A DNA stretch of 22,350 nucleotides from a virus. Numbering within the stretch: the first letter of the stretch is position 1; every line of letters starts with the position of its first letter. The translations under genes were made by a program, and so were the position numbers. The notes beneath the pieces are model-generated. The model was not told where the DNA came from and ran no database searches. It saw only the letters and a program-made list of their open reading frames with translations. The stretch lies in the UHGV virus genome UHGV-0185671. One strand, given 5' to 3'. Positions 1 through 10,902 of this stretch are shown here, one piece after another.

Positions 1-1086
1 GTGGATTACCCCCAAACGAATCGGAAAATCGATACTGGAAAAACTCTAACTCGGTGGCCAGTTTTTGTTGACCACTTCATTAAGCATCACACGGCTGATG
101 GCGTTGAAGATGGCATTTCAATCTGCTACTTCAAACCATACTCGCAAGGCCGTGCTCGCTGGCAGGGTGACACAATCCACGGCGTGTGGTTTGACGAAGA
201 ACCACCATACAGCATTTATGGCGAAGGCCTTACCCGTACCAACAAATACGGGCAATTCTCAATTCTGACGTTTACCCCGCTGATGGGGATGTCTGATGTC
301 GTTACCAAGTTCCTGAAGAACCCCAGCAAGTCGCAGAAAGTGGTCAACATGACCATCTATGACGCTGAGCACTATACCGACGAGCAGAAAGAGCAAATCA
401 TCGCATCCTATCCCGAGCATGAGAGAGAGGCGCGTGCTCGCGGTATTCCTACGATGGGTAGTGGTCGAATCTTCCAGATACCGGAAGAGACGATTAAGTG
501 TCAGCCATTCGAGTGTCCTGATCACTTCTACGTAATTGGCGGGATGGATTTCGGATGGGATCACCCGCAGGCGCAGGTTCAGCTTTGGTGGGATAAGGAT
601 GCAGACACAATCTACGTTTCACGCGTGTGGAAGGCGAAAGAAAAAACAGCCGTTCAGGCGTGGGGAGCCGTTAAATCATGGGCGCATAAAGTGCCAACCG
701 CATGGCCTCATGACGGAAACCAGCACGAGAAGGGCGGCGGTGAGCAGCTTAAAGGGCAGTACGCGGACGCTGGTTTTATGATGTTGCAGGAGCATGCGAC
801 ATGGCCTGATGGCGGTAATGCTGTTGAGCCTGGAATCACTGAATTGCGCGACATGATGCTTGATGGTCGCTTCAAAGTATTCAACACCTGTGAGCCATTC
901 TTTGAGGAGTTTCGCCTCTATCACCGTGATGAAAACGGGAAGATCGTCAAGCTTAACGACGACGTTCTCTCAGCCGTTCGCTATGCATACATGATGCGCC
1001 GCTTCGCAAAAATGATGCGCGACATCAAAAAACCAAAAGAGAAAAAGATACCAGCCCCAATCAGGCCCATCGCACGGAGAACTTAA
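1..1086 (+). CDS. Terminase large subunit, C-terminal 361 aa (5'-truncated by window edge); P22 gene 2-like
   Basis: Open frame from base 1 ending immediately before the portal gene; position and synteny as in P22 (terminase-portal-scaffold-coat). Identity is from synteny and recalled similarity, not a search. Confidence 0.8.
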   Translation: MDYPQTNRKIDTGKTLTRWPVFVDHFIKHHTADGVEDGISICYFKPYSQGRARWQGDTIHGVWFDEEPPYSIYGEGLTRTNKYGQFSILTFTPLMGMSDVVTKFLKNPSKSQKVVNMTIYDAEHYTDEQKEQIIASYPEHEREARARGIPTMGSGRIFQIPEETIKCQPFECPDHFYVIGGMDFGWDHPQAQVQLWWDKDADTIYVSRVWKAKEKTAVQAWGAVKSWAHKVPTAWPHDGNQHEKGGGEQLKGQYADAGFMMLQEHATWPDGGNAVEPGITELRDMMLDGRFKVFNTCEPFFEEFRLYHRDENGKIVKLNDDVLSAVRYAYMMRRFAKMMRDIKKPKEKKIPAPIRPIARRT

Positions 1087-3252
1087 ATGGCCGACGAAAA
1101 CAGACTCAATTCCATTCTGTGTAAGTTTGACGCAGACTGGATGGCGAGCGATGAAGCCAGAACCGAGGCGACAAATGACCTGTATTTTAGCCGAGTGTCG
1201 CAATGGGATGACTGGCTATCAAACTACACCACCCTGCAATATCGCGGACAATTCGATGTTGTTCGCCCGGTGGTCAGGAAACTGGTCGCAGAGATGCGCC
1301 GGAACCCTATCGACGTTCTATTCAGACCAAAAGACGGCGCTAATCCTGATGCTGCCGATGTGTTGATGGGAATGTATCGTACTGATATGCGCCATAACAC
1401 GGCAAAGATTGCTGTTAACGTTGGCGTTCGTGAGCAGATAGAGTCTGGCGTTGGTGCATGGCGTCTGGTCACGCAGTACGAAGACAACGATCCAACAAGC
1501 AACAATCAGGTAATCCGACGCCTGCCAATCCATGAAGCCTGCTCACACGTCATATGGGACGCAAACAGCAAGCAGATGGATAAGAGCGACGCTAAGCATT
1601 GCACGGTGATTAACGCCTTGTCGCGCAATGGCTGGAAAGAGTTCGCAGAGGATTACGGTATTGATCCGGACGCCTTGCCATCTTTCCAGAATCCGAACGA
1701 TACATGGCTGTTTCCGTGGGTATCGAATGATGTCGTCTACGTCGCTGAGTATTACGAGGTCGAAGAGAAGAAAGAGAAAGTCTTCATCTATCGCGACCCG
1801 CTGACAGGTGAGCCGGTCAGCTATTACCAGCAGGATATTAAAGACGTTATCGACGACCTGGCTAATCGTGGATTCATTAAGGTAGCAGAGCGCAAGGTGA
1901 AGCGTCGGCGTGTGTATAAGTCGATCATCACCTGCACGCAGATACTGAAAGACCGAGAGAAGATAGCCGGAGAGCATATCCCAATCGTTCCAGTGTATGG
2001 CGAATGGTCATTTGCTGGTGACAAGGAGTGCTACGAAGGCGTGGTAAGGCTGACGAAAGACGGCCAACGCCTTCGTAACATGATCATGTCATTCAACGCC
2101 GATATTGTTGCTCGGTCACCGAAGAAGAAACCGACCTTCTTCCCTGAGCAAATAGAAGGCTACGAATACATGTACGGTGGAAATGACGACTATCCGTACT
2201 ATCTGCAGAACAGGACCGATGAAAACGGTAACGACCTGCCGATTGGTCCAATCTCCTACATGGAAAACCCTGAAGTGCCGCAAGCCAACGCTTACATGCT
2301 TGAGGCAGCCACTAACGCAGTGAAAGAGGTGGCTAGTCTTGGCGTGGATGCGCAGGCGGCAAATGGTCAGGTCGCTTTCGATACCGTCAATCAACTGAAC
2401 ATGCGGGCAGACCTTGAGACATACGTGTTTCAGGATAACCTGGCTACCGCAATGCGACGTGATGGCGAGATTTATGCCTCAATGGTCAATGATATTTATG
2501 ACGTTCCTCGTCATGTAACGCTGACACTTGAAGATGGAAGCGAGAAAGACGTTCAACTCTATGCGCAAGTTGTCGATTACCAGTCCGGCAATGTGGTCAC
2601 ACTCAACGATATTCGCGGTCGCTATGAGTGCTATACAGACGTCGGACCATCCTTCCAGAGCATGAAGGAACAGAATCGCGCAGAGATTCAGGAGTTGCTA
2701 ACCAAGGTTCCGCAAGGTACTCCAGAGTTCCAGATGCTGATGCTGCAATACTTCACGCTGCTTGACGGTAAAGGCGTCGAGATGATGCGAGAGTACGCGA
2801 ACAAGCAACTGGTGATGATGGGGCTGAAGAAACCAGAAACACCTGAAGAGATGGAGATGGTACAACAGGCGCAACAGCAGCCGCAGCAGCCATCAGCAGA
2901 GCAAATTCAGGCGCAGGGTATCCTTCTGCAAGGTCAGGCTGAATTGCTCAAGGCAGAGAACCAACAGGCGCAGATTCAGGTTGAAGCTGCCAAGGTTGAA
3001 GCCCAAAACCAGCTCAACGCCGCGAAGATTGCAGAAATCTTCAACAATATGGACCTCGACAAGCAGGCAGAACTGCGTGAGTACCTCAAGCTCGTAGGTC
3101 AATTCCAGCAACAGCGCAGCAAAGATGCTCGTGCTAACGCTGAGCTGCTTCTTAAAGATGCAGACCAGACTCATTCACAACGCATGGATTTCGCGAATCT
3201 TATGCGTCAAGTTCAAATCCCCTCCGGCGGAGTAGCCGAGACACCTCAATAA
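1087..3252 (+). CDS. Portal protein (P22 gp1-like), 721 aa
   Basis: Size close to P22 portal (about 725 aa); Gln/Ala-rich coiled-coil C-terminal barrel region; position between terminase and scaffold. Confidence 0.9.
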   Translation: MADENRLNSILCKFDADWMASDEARTEATNDLYFSRVSQWDDWLSNYTTLQYRGQFDVVRPVVRKLVAEMRRNPIDVLFRPKDGANPDAADVLMGMYRTDMRHNTAKIAVNVGVREQIESGVGAWRLVTQYEDNDPTSNNQVIRRLPIHEACSHVIWDANSKQMDKSDAKHCTVINALSRNGWKEFAEDYGIDPDALPSFQNPNDTWLFPWVSNDVVYVAEYYEVEEKKEKVFIYRDPLTGEPVSYYQQDIKDVIDDLANRGFIKVAERKVKRRRVYKSIITCTQILKDREKIAGEHIPIVPVYGEWSFAGDKECYEGVVRLTKDGQRLRNMIMSFNADIVARSPKKKPTFFPEQIEGYEYMYGGNDDYPYYLQNRTDENGNDLPIGPISYMENPEVPQANAYMLEAATNAVKEVASLGVDAQAANGQVAFDTVNQLNMRADLETYVFQDNLATAMRRDGEIYASMVNDIYDVPRHVTLTLEDGSEKDVQLYAQVVDYQSGNVVTLNDIRGRYECYTDVGPSFQSMKEQNRAEIQELLTKVPQGTPEFQMLMLQYFTLLDGKGVEMMREYANKQLVMMGLKKPETPEEMEMVQQAQQQPQQPSAEQIQAQGILLQGQAELLKAENQQAQIQVEAAKVEAQNQLNAAKIAEIFNNMDLDKQAELREYLKLVGQFQQQRSKDARANAELLLKDADQTHSQRMDFANLMRQVQIPSGGVAETPQ

Positions 3253-3265
3253 GAGAGAGTTAATC

Positions 3266-4177
3266 ATGGACCAAACCACCGACATTCAGGCTTCTGAAGA
3301 ATTAACCCTGCCCGGCAATCATGCAGCGGCATCTGCTGATGGCTTAGTTGTCGATAATGCCAACGACAACGCAGGTCAGGAAGAAGGCTTCGAGATTGTC
3401 CTGAAAGACGATGAGAAACCAAAACAAGACCCGGCAACTAATGCTGAATTTGCCCGTCGCCGCATCGAACGCAAACGCCAGCGTGAGCTTGAGCAGCAGA
3501 TGGAAGCGGTTAAGCGAGGGGAGTTGCCGGAGCACCTGCGGGTGAACCCTGAGTTACCAAAACAACCAGACCCTAACGATTATCTTTCCGAAGACGCACT
3601 GGCTAAGTACGACTATGACCAGAGCCGCGCACTGGCTGCCTTCCAGCAGGCAAACAGTGAATGGCAGATCAAGGCTATGGACGCACGAAGCCAGGCTGTC
3701 GCCGAGCAGGGCCGCAAAACTCAGGAGTTCACCCAGCAATCAGCGCAATACGTCGAGGCAGCCCGTAAGCACTACGACGCAGCGGAAAAGCTCAATATCC
3801 CTGACTATCAGGAGAAAGAGGACGCATTCATGCAACTGGTGCCGCCAGCAGTCGGTGCCGACATCATGCGCCTCTTCCCGGAGAAATCCGCTGCACTCAT
3901 GTATCACCTTGGTGCTAATCCTGAGAAAACACGCCAGTTGCTGGCGATGGACGGGCAATCCGCGCTGATTGAACTCACTCGACTGTCAGAACGTTTAACT
4001 CTCAAGCCTCGAGCCAAGCCTGTTTCAGAAGCCCCGTTACCTGATGAACCCATTCAGGGGCACGCTGTTGCTGCAAATATCTCTGCGATTGAAAAGCAGA
4101 TGGAAGCGGCAGCAAACAAAGGGGATGTAGAGACGTACCGCAAGCTCAAGGCGCAACTGAATAAAGGAATTCGATAA
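3266..4177 (+). CDS. Scaffolding protein (P22 gp8-like), 303 aa
   Basis: 303 aa, same length as P22 scaffold; acidic, helix-rich composition; RBS-like GAGAG upstream; sits between portal and coat. Confidence 0.88.
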   Translation: MDQTTDIQASEELTLPGNHAAASADGLVVDNANDNAGQEEGFEIVLKDDEKPKQDPATNAEFARRRIERKRQRELEQQMEAVKRGELPEHLRVNPELPKQPDPNDYLSEDALAKYDYDQSRALAAFQQANSEWQIKAMDARSQAVAEQGRKTQEFTQQSAQYVEAARKHYDAAEKLNIPDYQEKEDAFMQLVPPAVGADIMRLFPEKSAALMYHLGANPEKTRQLLAMDGQSALIELTRLSERLTLKPRAKPVSEAPLPDEPIQGHAVAANISAIEKQMEAAANKGDVETYRKLKAQLNKGIR

Positions 4178-5472
4178 TGGCATTAAATGAAGGTCAACTG
4201 GTCACATATGCTCTGGATGAAATCATCGAAACCGTCCAGAACCTGACGCCAATGGCGTCCAAAGTGACAAAATACACCCCTCCGGCAGAATCCATGCAAC
4301 GTTCAAGCAACACCGTGTGGATGCCTGTTGAGCAGGAAGCGCCAACTCAGACTGGATGGGATTTAACTGGCAACGCTACCGGTATTCTGGAACTGTCCGT
4401 GAAATGCAACATGGGCGATCCAGATAACGATTTCTTCGAGCTTCGTGCAGATGACCTGCGTGATGAGCGTTCTTACCGTCGCCGCATCCAGGCATCCGCC
4501 AAAAAACTGGCGAATAACATTGAGTCAGCAATTGCCAAACAGGCAACTGAAATGGGCTCGCTTGTTGTTCACGATACCCGCGCAATTGGTCCATCTACTG
4601 GCCTGTCTGGTTGGGATTTTGTGTCTGATGCAGAGCGCCTGATGTTCTCCCGCGAACTCAACCGCGACATGGGCATCAGTTACTTCCTGAACCCTGACGA
4701 TTACCGCAAAGCAGGCCGCAACCTGGTAGATGGCGACATCTTCGGGCGAGTTCCTGAAGAAGCGTATCGCAACGGTACTATTCAGCGTCAGATTGCTGGC
4801 TTTGATGAAATTCTTCGCTCACCGAAACTTCCGGCAGTTACCAAGTCAACCGCTACTGGTGTAACTGTTTCTGGTGCGCAGAAGTTTAAGCCGCAGGCAT
4901 ACACCCTTGATACCGATGGTAACAAAGAGAACGTCGACAACCGTGTTGCAACGGTGACCGTATCCTCCACCACCGGATTTAAGCGCGGCGACAAAATCAG
5001 CTTCACTGGTGTGAAGTTCCTGTCTCAGATGGCGAAGAATGTGCTGACTGATGACGCGACTTTCTCAATCACCCGTGTGATCGATAGTACTCACATCGAA
5101 ATCACGCCGAAGCCGATTGCGCTGGATGACGCGTCACTGACAAAAGAAGAGAAGGCTTACGCTAACGTAAACACCTCTCTTGCTGATACCACTCCGGTAA
5201 ACGTTCTGAACGTGGCAACAACCACCGCTAACGTGTTCTGGGCTGATGACTCAATCCGTCTGTTGTCTCAGCCGATCCCGGTAACCCATGAACTGTTTGC
5301 TGGCATGAAAACGTCTTCCTTCAGCATTCCAGGCATTGGTGTTAACGGCATCTTCGCAACGCAGGGTGATATCAACACTCTGTCTGGTAAGTGCCGTATT
5401 GCTGTGTGGTATTCAGCATGTGCTGTACGACCAGAGGCAATTGGTGTTGGTCTGCCTAACCAGACTGCGTGA
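4177..5472 (+). CDS. Major capsid (coat) protein (P22 gp5-like), 431 aa
   Basis: Translation MALNEGQ...GVGLPNQTA closely matches the P22 coat protein as I recall it (start and C-terminus); start overlaps scaffold stop (TAATG). Confidence 0.93.
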   Translation: MALNEGQLVTYALDEIIETVQNLTPMASKVTKYTPPAESMQRSSNTVWMPVEQEAPTQTGWDLTGNATGILELSVKCNMGDPDNDFFELRADDLRDERSYRRRIQASAKKLANNIESAIAKQATEMGSLVVHDTRAIGPSTGLSGWDFVSDAERLMFSRELNRDMGISYFLNPDDYRKAGRNLVDGDIFGRVPEEAYRNGTIQRQIAGFDEILRSPKLPAVTKSTATGVTVSGAQKFKPQAYTLDTDGNKENVDNRVATVTVSSTTGFKRGDKISFTGVKFLSQMAKNVLTDDATFSITRVIDSTHIEITPKPIALDDASLTKEEKAYANVNTSLADTTPVNVLNVATTTANVFWADDSIRLLSQPIPVTHELFAGMKTSSFSIPGIGVNGIFATQGDINTLSGKCRIAVWYSACAVRPEAIGVGLPNQTA

Positions 5473-5478
5473 TAACCA

Positions 5479-5502
5479 GAGGGAGCTTCGGCTCCCTTTT
5501 TT
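5479..5502 (+). terminator. Intrinsic terminator/attenuator downstream of coat gene
   Basis: GGGAGC-TTCG-GCTCCC stem with tetraloop (5481-5496) followed by TTTTTT (5497-5502), 9 nt after the coat stop codon. Confidence 0.7.
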
Positions 5503-5516
5503 ATCTGGAGACAAGC

Positions 5517-5765
5517 ATGACACACATGATCTTTCGTCATGGCGACATGAAGAAGTGGAAAGGCGTTGGCTACGACTTTGAAATCGTGAAAGCCGAAGAG
5601 ATTAAGGAATATCTGGATGCTGGTTGGTTTGCACATCCCGATGACCTTCTGAAGGATGCTGCAGAGCCAGAGCCAGAGCCAGAGCCAGAGCCAGAAGAAA
5701 AACAGCGTAAAAAGCCTGGTCGAAAACCTAAGGCGGCAGCAGATGAACCTGACAACGAAGGGTGA
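5517..5765 (+). CDS. Hypothetical small acidic protein with (Glu-Pro)5 repeat and basic C-terminal tail, 82 aa
   Basis: ATG at 5517 preceded by GGAG (5507-5510); ORF contains tandem hexanucleotide (GAGCCA)x5 at 5664-5693 encoding [10 protein letters not shown]; 3' end overlaps gp4 start by 23 nt. Not part of the canonical P22 gene order as I recall it. Confidence 0.5.
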   Translation: MTHMIFRHGDMKKWKGVGYDFEIVKAEEIKEYLDAGWFAHPDDLLKDAAEPEPEPEPEPEEKQRKKPGRKPKAAADEPDNEG

Positions 5766-6243
5766 TTTAGTTCTTGCGGCATTACGTAAGCTCGGTGTGG
5801 CATCAAATGCCACGTTAACCGATGTCGAACCGCAGTCCATGGAAGATGGCGTCAATGACCTTGAAATGATGATGGCTGAATGGCTTGGCGGTGATGCGTC
5901 ACCAGGTATCAACGTTGGCTACATTTTCGCTGATGCAGATGTCGCTCCAGATCCTGGCGATGAACACGGCTTATCAAATAACGCTATCAATGCCGTCATT
6001 TTCAACCTTGCCTGCCGCATTGCTCCGGATTATGCGCTGGAAGCGTCTGCAAAACTTATAACCACTGCCAGATACGGGAAAGAGCGACTCGTCAAACTGT
6101 CTGCAATGGACAGAGCAAAAGCCGCAAAATGTAAGTCCGGTTATCCAAACCGTATGCCTGTTGGCAGTGGAAACCAGTTGGCGAAGTGGAACGGTTGGAA
6201 TTACTTCCACCGAAAGGAACCTTGCGATAACGGGAGCGAATAA
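5743..6243 (+). CDS. Head completion / tail adaptor protein (P22 gp4-like), 166 aa
   Basis: Translation from ATG 5743 ([33 protein letters not shown]...) matches the P22 gp4 N-terminus and length (166 aa) as recalled; the longer ORF-track start at 5656 is a repeat-derived extension. Confidence 0.85.
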   Translation: MNLTTKGDLVLAALRKLGVASNATLTDVEPQSMEDGVNDLEMMMAEWLGGDASPGINVGYIFADADVAPDPGDEHGLSNNAINAVIFNLACRIAPDYALEASAKLITTARYGKERLVKLSAMDRAKAAKCKSGYPNRMPVGSGNQLAKWNGWNYFHRKEPCDNGSE

Positions 6244-7661
6244 TGCCGATTCAGCAACTTCCGCTTATGAAAGGTGTCGGCAAAGACTTTCGAAACGCCG
6301 ACTATATCGACTATCTGCCAGTGAATATGTTGGCTACACCCAAAGAAATCCTGAACAGCAGCGGATATCTTCGCTCATTCCCGGGCATTGCCAAACGTTC
6401 TGATGTGAACGGCGTATCGCGAGGCGTCGAATACAACATGGCGCAGAATGCTGTTTATCGCGTGTGTGGTGGCAAACTGTATAAGGGCGAAAGTGAGGTC
6501 GGTGATGTTGCCGGAAGTGGTCGCGTATCAATGGCGCATGGTCGAACATCACAGGCGGTAGGCGTTAATGGTCAACTGGTCGAGTATCGCTATGATGGCA
6601 CGGTTAAAACCGTCTCAAACTGGCCTACAGACAGCGGATTCACGCAGTATGAGTTAGGCTCAGTCCGCGACATTACGCGCTTACGTGGGCGTTATGCGTG
6701 GTCAAAAGACGGAACTGATTCATGGTTCATCACTGACCTTGAAGATGAATCACATCCTGACCGATACAGCGCACAATATCGTGCCGAGTCTCAGCCGGAC
6801 GGCATCATCGGTATCGGGACATGGCGAGACTTCATCGTCTGCTTTGGTTCATCGACTATTGAATATTTCTCCCTTACTGGCGCAACCACCGTTGGTGCCG
6901 CTTTGTATGTCGCACAACCATCGCTGATGGTGCAGAAAGGTATTGCCGGAACCTACTGCAAAACGCCATTCGCTGATTCTTATGCGTTCATCAGCAATCC
7001 GGCAACGGGTGCGCCGTCTGTATACATCATCGGCTCTGGTCAGGTATCACCAATCGCCAGCGCGAGCATTGAGAAAATCCTTCGTTCCTACACTGCTGAT
7101 GAACTGGCTGATGGTGTGATGGAGTCTCTGCGATTTGATGCGCATGAGCTGCTAATTATCCATCTTCCGCGCCATGTTCTGGTGTACGACGCATCTTCAA
7201 GCGCCAATGGTCCGCAATGGTGTGTGCTGAAAACAGGCCTGTATGACGATGTGTACCGCGCTATCGACTTCATTTACGAAGGCAATCAGATAACGTGCGG
7301 CGATAAGCTGGAGTCCGTGACCGGGAAATTGCAGTTCGATATCAGCAGCCAGTACGACAAGCAACAGGAACATCTGCTGTTTACTCCGCTGTTCAAAGCG
7401 GATAACGCAAGAGTGTTCGACCTTGAGGTTGAATCGTCAACTGGTGTTGCGCAGTACGCCGACCGCCTGTTCCTCTCTGCAACCACTGACGGCATCAATT
7501 ACGGGCGTGAGCAGATGATTGAGCAGAATGAACCGTTCGTTTACGACAAGCGTGTTTTGTGGAAACGAGTCGGGCGCATCAGGAAAAATGTCGGCTTCAA
7601 ATTGCGCGTTATCACGAAGTCACCTGTCACTCTGTCTGGCTGCCAGATAAGGATTGAGTAA
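6243..7661 (+). CDS. Tail accessory factor (P22 gp10-like), 472 aa
   Basis: 472 aa as in P22 gp10; start overlaps gp4 stop (TAATG); synteny gp4-gp10-gp26. Confidence 0.85.
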   Translation: MPIQQLPLMKGVGKDFRNADYIDYLPVNMLATPKEILNSSGYLRSFPGIAKRSDVNGVSRGVEYNMAQNAVYRVCGGKLYKGESEVGDVAGSGRVSMAHGRTSQAVGVNGQLVEYRYDGTVKTVSNWPTDSGFTQYELGSVRDITRLRGRYAWSKDGTDSWFITDLEDESHPDRYSAQYRAESQPDGIIGIGTWRDFIVCFGSSTIEYFSLTGATTVGAALYVAQPSLMVQKGIAGTYCKTPFADSYAFISNPATGAPSVYIIGSGQVSPIASASIEKILRSYTADELADGVMESLRFDAHELLIIHLPRHVLVYDASSSANGPQWCVLKTGLYDDVYRAIDFIYEGNQITCGDKLESVTGKLQFDISSQYDKQQEHLLFTPLFKADNARVFDLEVESSTGVAQYADRLFLSATTDGINYGREQMIEQNEPFVYDKRVLWKRVGRIRKNVGFKLRVITKSPVTLSGCQIRIE

Positions 7662-8362
7662 TGGCTGATTCGAATCTCAATGAGCCGGTAACAATTCAGG
7701 CTACACGACTCGATACATCAATCCTTCCACGCAATATATTCAGCCAGTCTTACCTGCTGTATGTCATAAATCAGGGAGCTGATGTCGCTGCAATTGCTGG
7801 GAAGGCAAATCAGGCTGGTCAGGGCGCTTACGATGCCCAGGTAAAAAACGATGAACAGGATGTCGAACTGGCTGATCACGACGCAAGAATCACCGCAAAC
7901 ACAAAAGCGATAAATCTACTTGAGGTCAGGTTAACAACTGCCGAAGGGAAGATAGTCGTACTGCGTAGCGATGTTGATTACTTGCTGGATGAGGTTATCG
8001 ATATTCAGGCGCATCTGGTCACTGTTGACCAAAGACTGGATGACGTAGAAAACGATGTCTCTGGCATTAAGAGTGATTACGTATCGAAAACCGTAACCGA
8101 ATCGCAGTCTCTTGCGTCACCGCTGGATGTAAAAACATCATATTCAGTTGATGGAATTCAGGTTGTTGGAGCAAGAAATACCGGATGGACTGCAGCCACA
8201 GGTACACCTCTTCTTGGCTCATTCAACGCTAACCAGTCATATACGGTCGGCACTACGTACACACAATCCGAAGTCGCGGCTCTCGCTACAGGTTTGCAGC
8301 AGGCGCGGCAGCGTATTCTGGCGCTTGAAACAGCACTTAGATTACATGGGCTGATTGACTGA
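7661..8362 (+). CDS. Tail needle protein (P22 gp26-like), 233 aa
   Basis: 233 aa as in P22 gp26; N-terminus [18 protein letters not shown] and C-terminus [13 protein letters not shown] closely resemble P22 gp26 as recalled; heptad-rich trimeric coiled-coil region. Confidence 0.9.
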   Translation: MADSNLNEPVTIQATRLDTSILPRNIFSQSYLLYVINQGADVAAIAGKANQAGQGAYDAQVKNDEQDVELADHDARITANTKAINLLEVRLTTAEGKIVVLRSDVDYLLDEVIDIQAHLVTVDQRLDDVENDVSGIKSDYVSKTVTESQSLASPLDVKTSYSVDGIQVVGARNTGWTAATGTPLLGSFNANQSYTVGTTYTQSEVAALATGLQQARQRILALETALRLHGLID

Positions 8363-8817
8363 TGATTACATTCAAACCAACGCGAAACATCGACCTGATA
8401 GAAGCCGTAGGAAATCACCCTGACATTATCGCTGGTAGCAACAACGGTGATGGATACGACTACAAACCTGAATGCCGTTACTTTGAGGTGAACGTGCACG
8501 GGCAGTTCGGCGGAATTGTTTACTATCAGGAGATTCAGCCGCTAACCTTTGATTGCCACGCCATGTACCTGCCAGAGATTCGTGGATTCAGCAAGGAAAT
8601 CGGGCTGGCGTTCTGGCGATACATTCTGACTAACACCACCGTTCAGTGCGTCACATCGTTCGCTGCGCGCAAATTCCGCCACGGTCAGATGTACTGCGCA
8701 ATGATTGGTCTTAAGCGTGTAGGAACCATCAAGAAATACTTCAAAGGCGTGGATGACGTGACGTTTTACAGCGCCACACGCGAAGAACTAATCGACTTCC
8801 TGAATCACGGGAGATAG
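8362..8817 (+). CDS. gp14-like virion protein, 151 aa
   Basis: Occupies the gene 14 position between tail needle and ejection proteins; start overlaps gp26 stop (TGATG). Assignment is by synteny only. Confidence 0.6.
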   Translation: MITFKPTRNIDLIEAVGNHPDIIAGSNNGDGYDYKPECRYFEVNVHGQFGGIVYYQEIQPLTFDCHAMYLPEIRGFSKEIGLAFWRYILTNTTVQCVTSFAARKFRHGQMYCAMIGLKRVGTIKKYFKGVDDVTFYSATREELIDFLNHGR

Positions 8818-8819
8818 CC

Positions 8820-9512
8820 ATGTTATATGCATTTAAGCTGGGCAGAAAACTGCGCGGCGAGGAACCTTATTGCCCTGAAAAAGGCGGGAAAGGTGGCTCC
8901 GATAAAAGCGCAAAGTATGCAGCAGAAGCTCAGAAGTATGCCGCAGACCTGCAAAATCAGCAGTTCAACACCATCATGAACAACCTGAAACCGTTTACTC
9001 CTCTGGCTGAGAAGTATGTCGGCAGCCTCGAGAACTTATCGTCTCTGGAGGGGCAAGGTCAGGCGCTTAACCAGTATTACAACTCTCAGCAGTACAAAGA
9101 CCTTGCAAGTCAGGCTCGTTATCAGAGTCTGGTGGCAGCGGAAGCAACGGGTGGATTAGGTTCCACCGCAACCAGTAATCAGTTAGCAACAATCGCACCA
9201 ACTCTTGGCCAGCAATGGCTATCTGGACAAATGAACAACTACCAGAATCTGGCAAATATTGGTCTTGGCGCTCTTCAGGGACAGGCAAACGCCGGGCAAA
9301 CATATGCCAACAACATGAGCCAGATTTCACAGCAAAGCGCGGCACTGGCGGCGGCAAACGCTAATAGACCTTCCGGCCTTCAATCTGCAATAGGCGGGGC
9401 TGCCTCTGGAGCAATTGCTGGAGCACAGCTTGGCAGCATTGTACCTGGTATTGGTACTGGTATTGGTGCCGCTGTTGGCGGCGGTCTTGGTCTGCTTGGT
9501 TCACTGTTTTAA
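8820..9512 (+). CDS. Ejection (internal virion) protein gp7-like, 230 aa
   Basis: Size (P22 gp7 about 229 aa), Gln/Ala-rich with a Gly-rich hydrophobic C-terminus; synteny with P22 genes 7-20-16. Confidence 0.8.
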   Translation: MLYAFKLGRKLRGEEPYCPEKGGKGGSDKSAKYAAEAQKYAADLQNQQFNTIMNNLKPFTPLAEKYVGSLENLSSLEGQGQALNQYYNSQQYKDLASQARYQSLVAAEATGGLGSTATSNQLATIAPTLGQQWLSGQMNNYQNLANIGLGALQGQANAGQTYANNMSQISQQSAALAAANANRPSGLQSAIGGAASGAIAGAQLGSIVPGIGTGIGAAVGGGLGLLGSLF

Positions 9513-9522
9513 GGGGTAATCA

Positions 9523-10902
9523 ATGGCTACGTGGCAACAGGGTATTAATTCTGGTGGTTTTCTGGCTGGCATCGGTACGCAAAACGAGAATGCACCAAAG
9601 GCAAGCGACATTAACGCAACGCTTGGTCTGATCCGCGAAAACAATGAGTTGGCTCGCTCAGGTGCAAATAACGTTGGTCTGACCGCGTTACGTGGTCTGG
9701 CTGGAGTTGCTGATATTTACAATCAGGAACAGCAACAGAAAGCGATTAGTGCATTCAATAAGGTTCACGCTGATGCATGGGCTTCTGGTGATCCATCGGG
9801 ACTATTTAAGTTTGCCCAGGAAAATCCAGCGTTTGTTGCACAGGCACAACAGGCATTTTCCGGTCTTAATGAGCAGCAACGCAACGATATGGGCGATTTA
9901 GCCATGAGAGCTAACGTCGCTCTTTCTCAGGGACCGGAAGCCTACAGTAAATTCATTACTGACAACAAGGACAGGTTAAATCACGTGGGTGCGAATGCTG
10001 ACTGGATGATTCAGGCTGGTATCCAGAATCCAGAGCAGCTATCACACATGCTGACTACTATGACGCTAGGGGCGCTTGGACCAGAAAAGGCGTTTGCTGT
10101 TCAGGACAAGATGGCTGGTCGTGAAATTGACCGAGGCAGGCTGGCAGAGACAATCCGCAGCAATCAGGCTGGTGAAGCACTAACAGCGCGTGGTCAGAAC
10201 ATCACGATGCGCGGTCAGGATTTAGCGATGCAGAGAGCATCAATGAAAGGGGCTGTTGGGAATAATGAGCGCACAGTTCAACTAGCAGACGGAAGAACTG
10301 TAACCGTAGGCGGGAAGCTTCATGGTGCTGGTGCTAACGCGTTCTACGAAGGTATAGACAATGAGGGGAACATGGTTCGCGTTCCTGCTGGCTCTATTGC
10401 CGCTCCGGCCACGTCGGCAGCAAGCGCGCAGAATTACGCAATGAAGAAAGATCTTGATGCAATTTCTGGTGCATCAATTGACGATCTTGGCTTCATGACT
10501 GGCATTACAGGCTCTTCAGGTTCTCCTGCTCTTGGTGCAGATATTCGTAGCCGTGCATCTGGTGGTTATCAGAGGAAACTATACAACGCTGCACAGCGAA
10601 TCCAAGGAAAGATGCAGAATCAGGGCATTGCAGCAGCCAGAGACATGGGGGCATCTGGTATCAACACCGTTGCAGAAGCAAAGATGTATTTTCAAGGTAT
10701 GCCACAGGTTGATTTCTCAAGCCCTGAAGCACTACAACAATCAATGCGCGACATTCAGCAATATACCGACAATTACAACCAGCAATATAACGTTAATGTC
10801 GGTAATGGCGGGGAAAAATCATCAAGGCAACAGCCAGCTACTCAGCAATCAGCAGGAGGTAGCTACACGTCAAAATCAGGCATTCAATTTACGGTGGAAT
10901 GA
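9523..10902 (+). CDS. Ejection protein gp20-like, 459 aa
   Basis: Position and size (P22 gp20 about 471 aa); synteny. Confidence 0.8.
   Translation: MATWQQGINSGGFLAGIGTQNENAPKASDINATLGLIRENNELARSGANNVGLTALRGLAGVADIYNQEQQQKAISAFNKVHADAWASGDPSGLFKFAQENPAFVAQAQQAFSGLNEQQRNDMGDLAMRANVALSQGPEAYSKFITDNKDRLNHVGANADWMIQAGIQNPEQLSHMLTTMTLGALGPEKAFAVQDKMAGREIDRGRLAETIRSNQAGEALTARGQNITMRGQDLAMQRASMKGAVGNNERTVQLADGRTVTVGGKLHGAGANAFYEGIDNEGNMVRVPAGSIAAPATSAASAQNYAMKKDLDAISGASIDDLGFMTGITGSSGSPALGADIRSRASGGYQRKLYNAAQRIQGKMQNQGIAAARDMGASGINTVAEAKMYFQGMPQVDFSSPEALQQSMRDIQQYTDNYNQQYNVNVGNGGEKSSRQQPATQQSAGGSYTSKSGIQFTVE

Noticed and set aside
1543-1977. 144-aa minus-strand ORF inside the portal gene
   Set aside because: Fully antisense to the portal CDS; typical spurious ORF.
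5664-5693. Tandem GAGCCA repeat considered as CRISPR or other repeat array
   Set aside because: A 6-bp unit with no spacers, lying in-frame within an ORF; it is a coding low-complexity repeat, not CRISPR.
5656-5742. Upstream extension of the gp4 ORF ([13 protein letters not shown]...) given by the ORF track
   Set aside because: The extension is the alternate-frame reading of the (GAGCCA)5 repeat; the P22 gp4 N-terminus aligns with the ATG at 5743.
5268-5912. 214-aa minus-strand ORF overlapping coat 3' end, terminator and gp4
   Set aside because: Antisense to well-supported genes; includes the repeat read as LWLWLW; no independent support.
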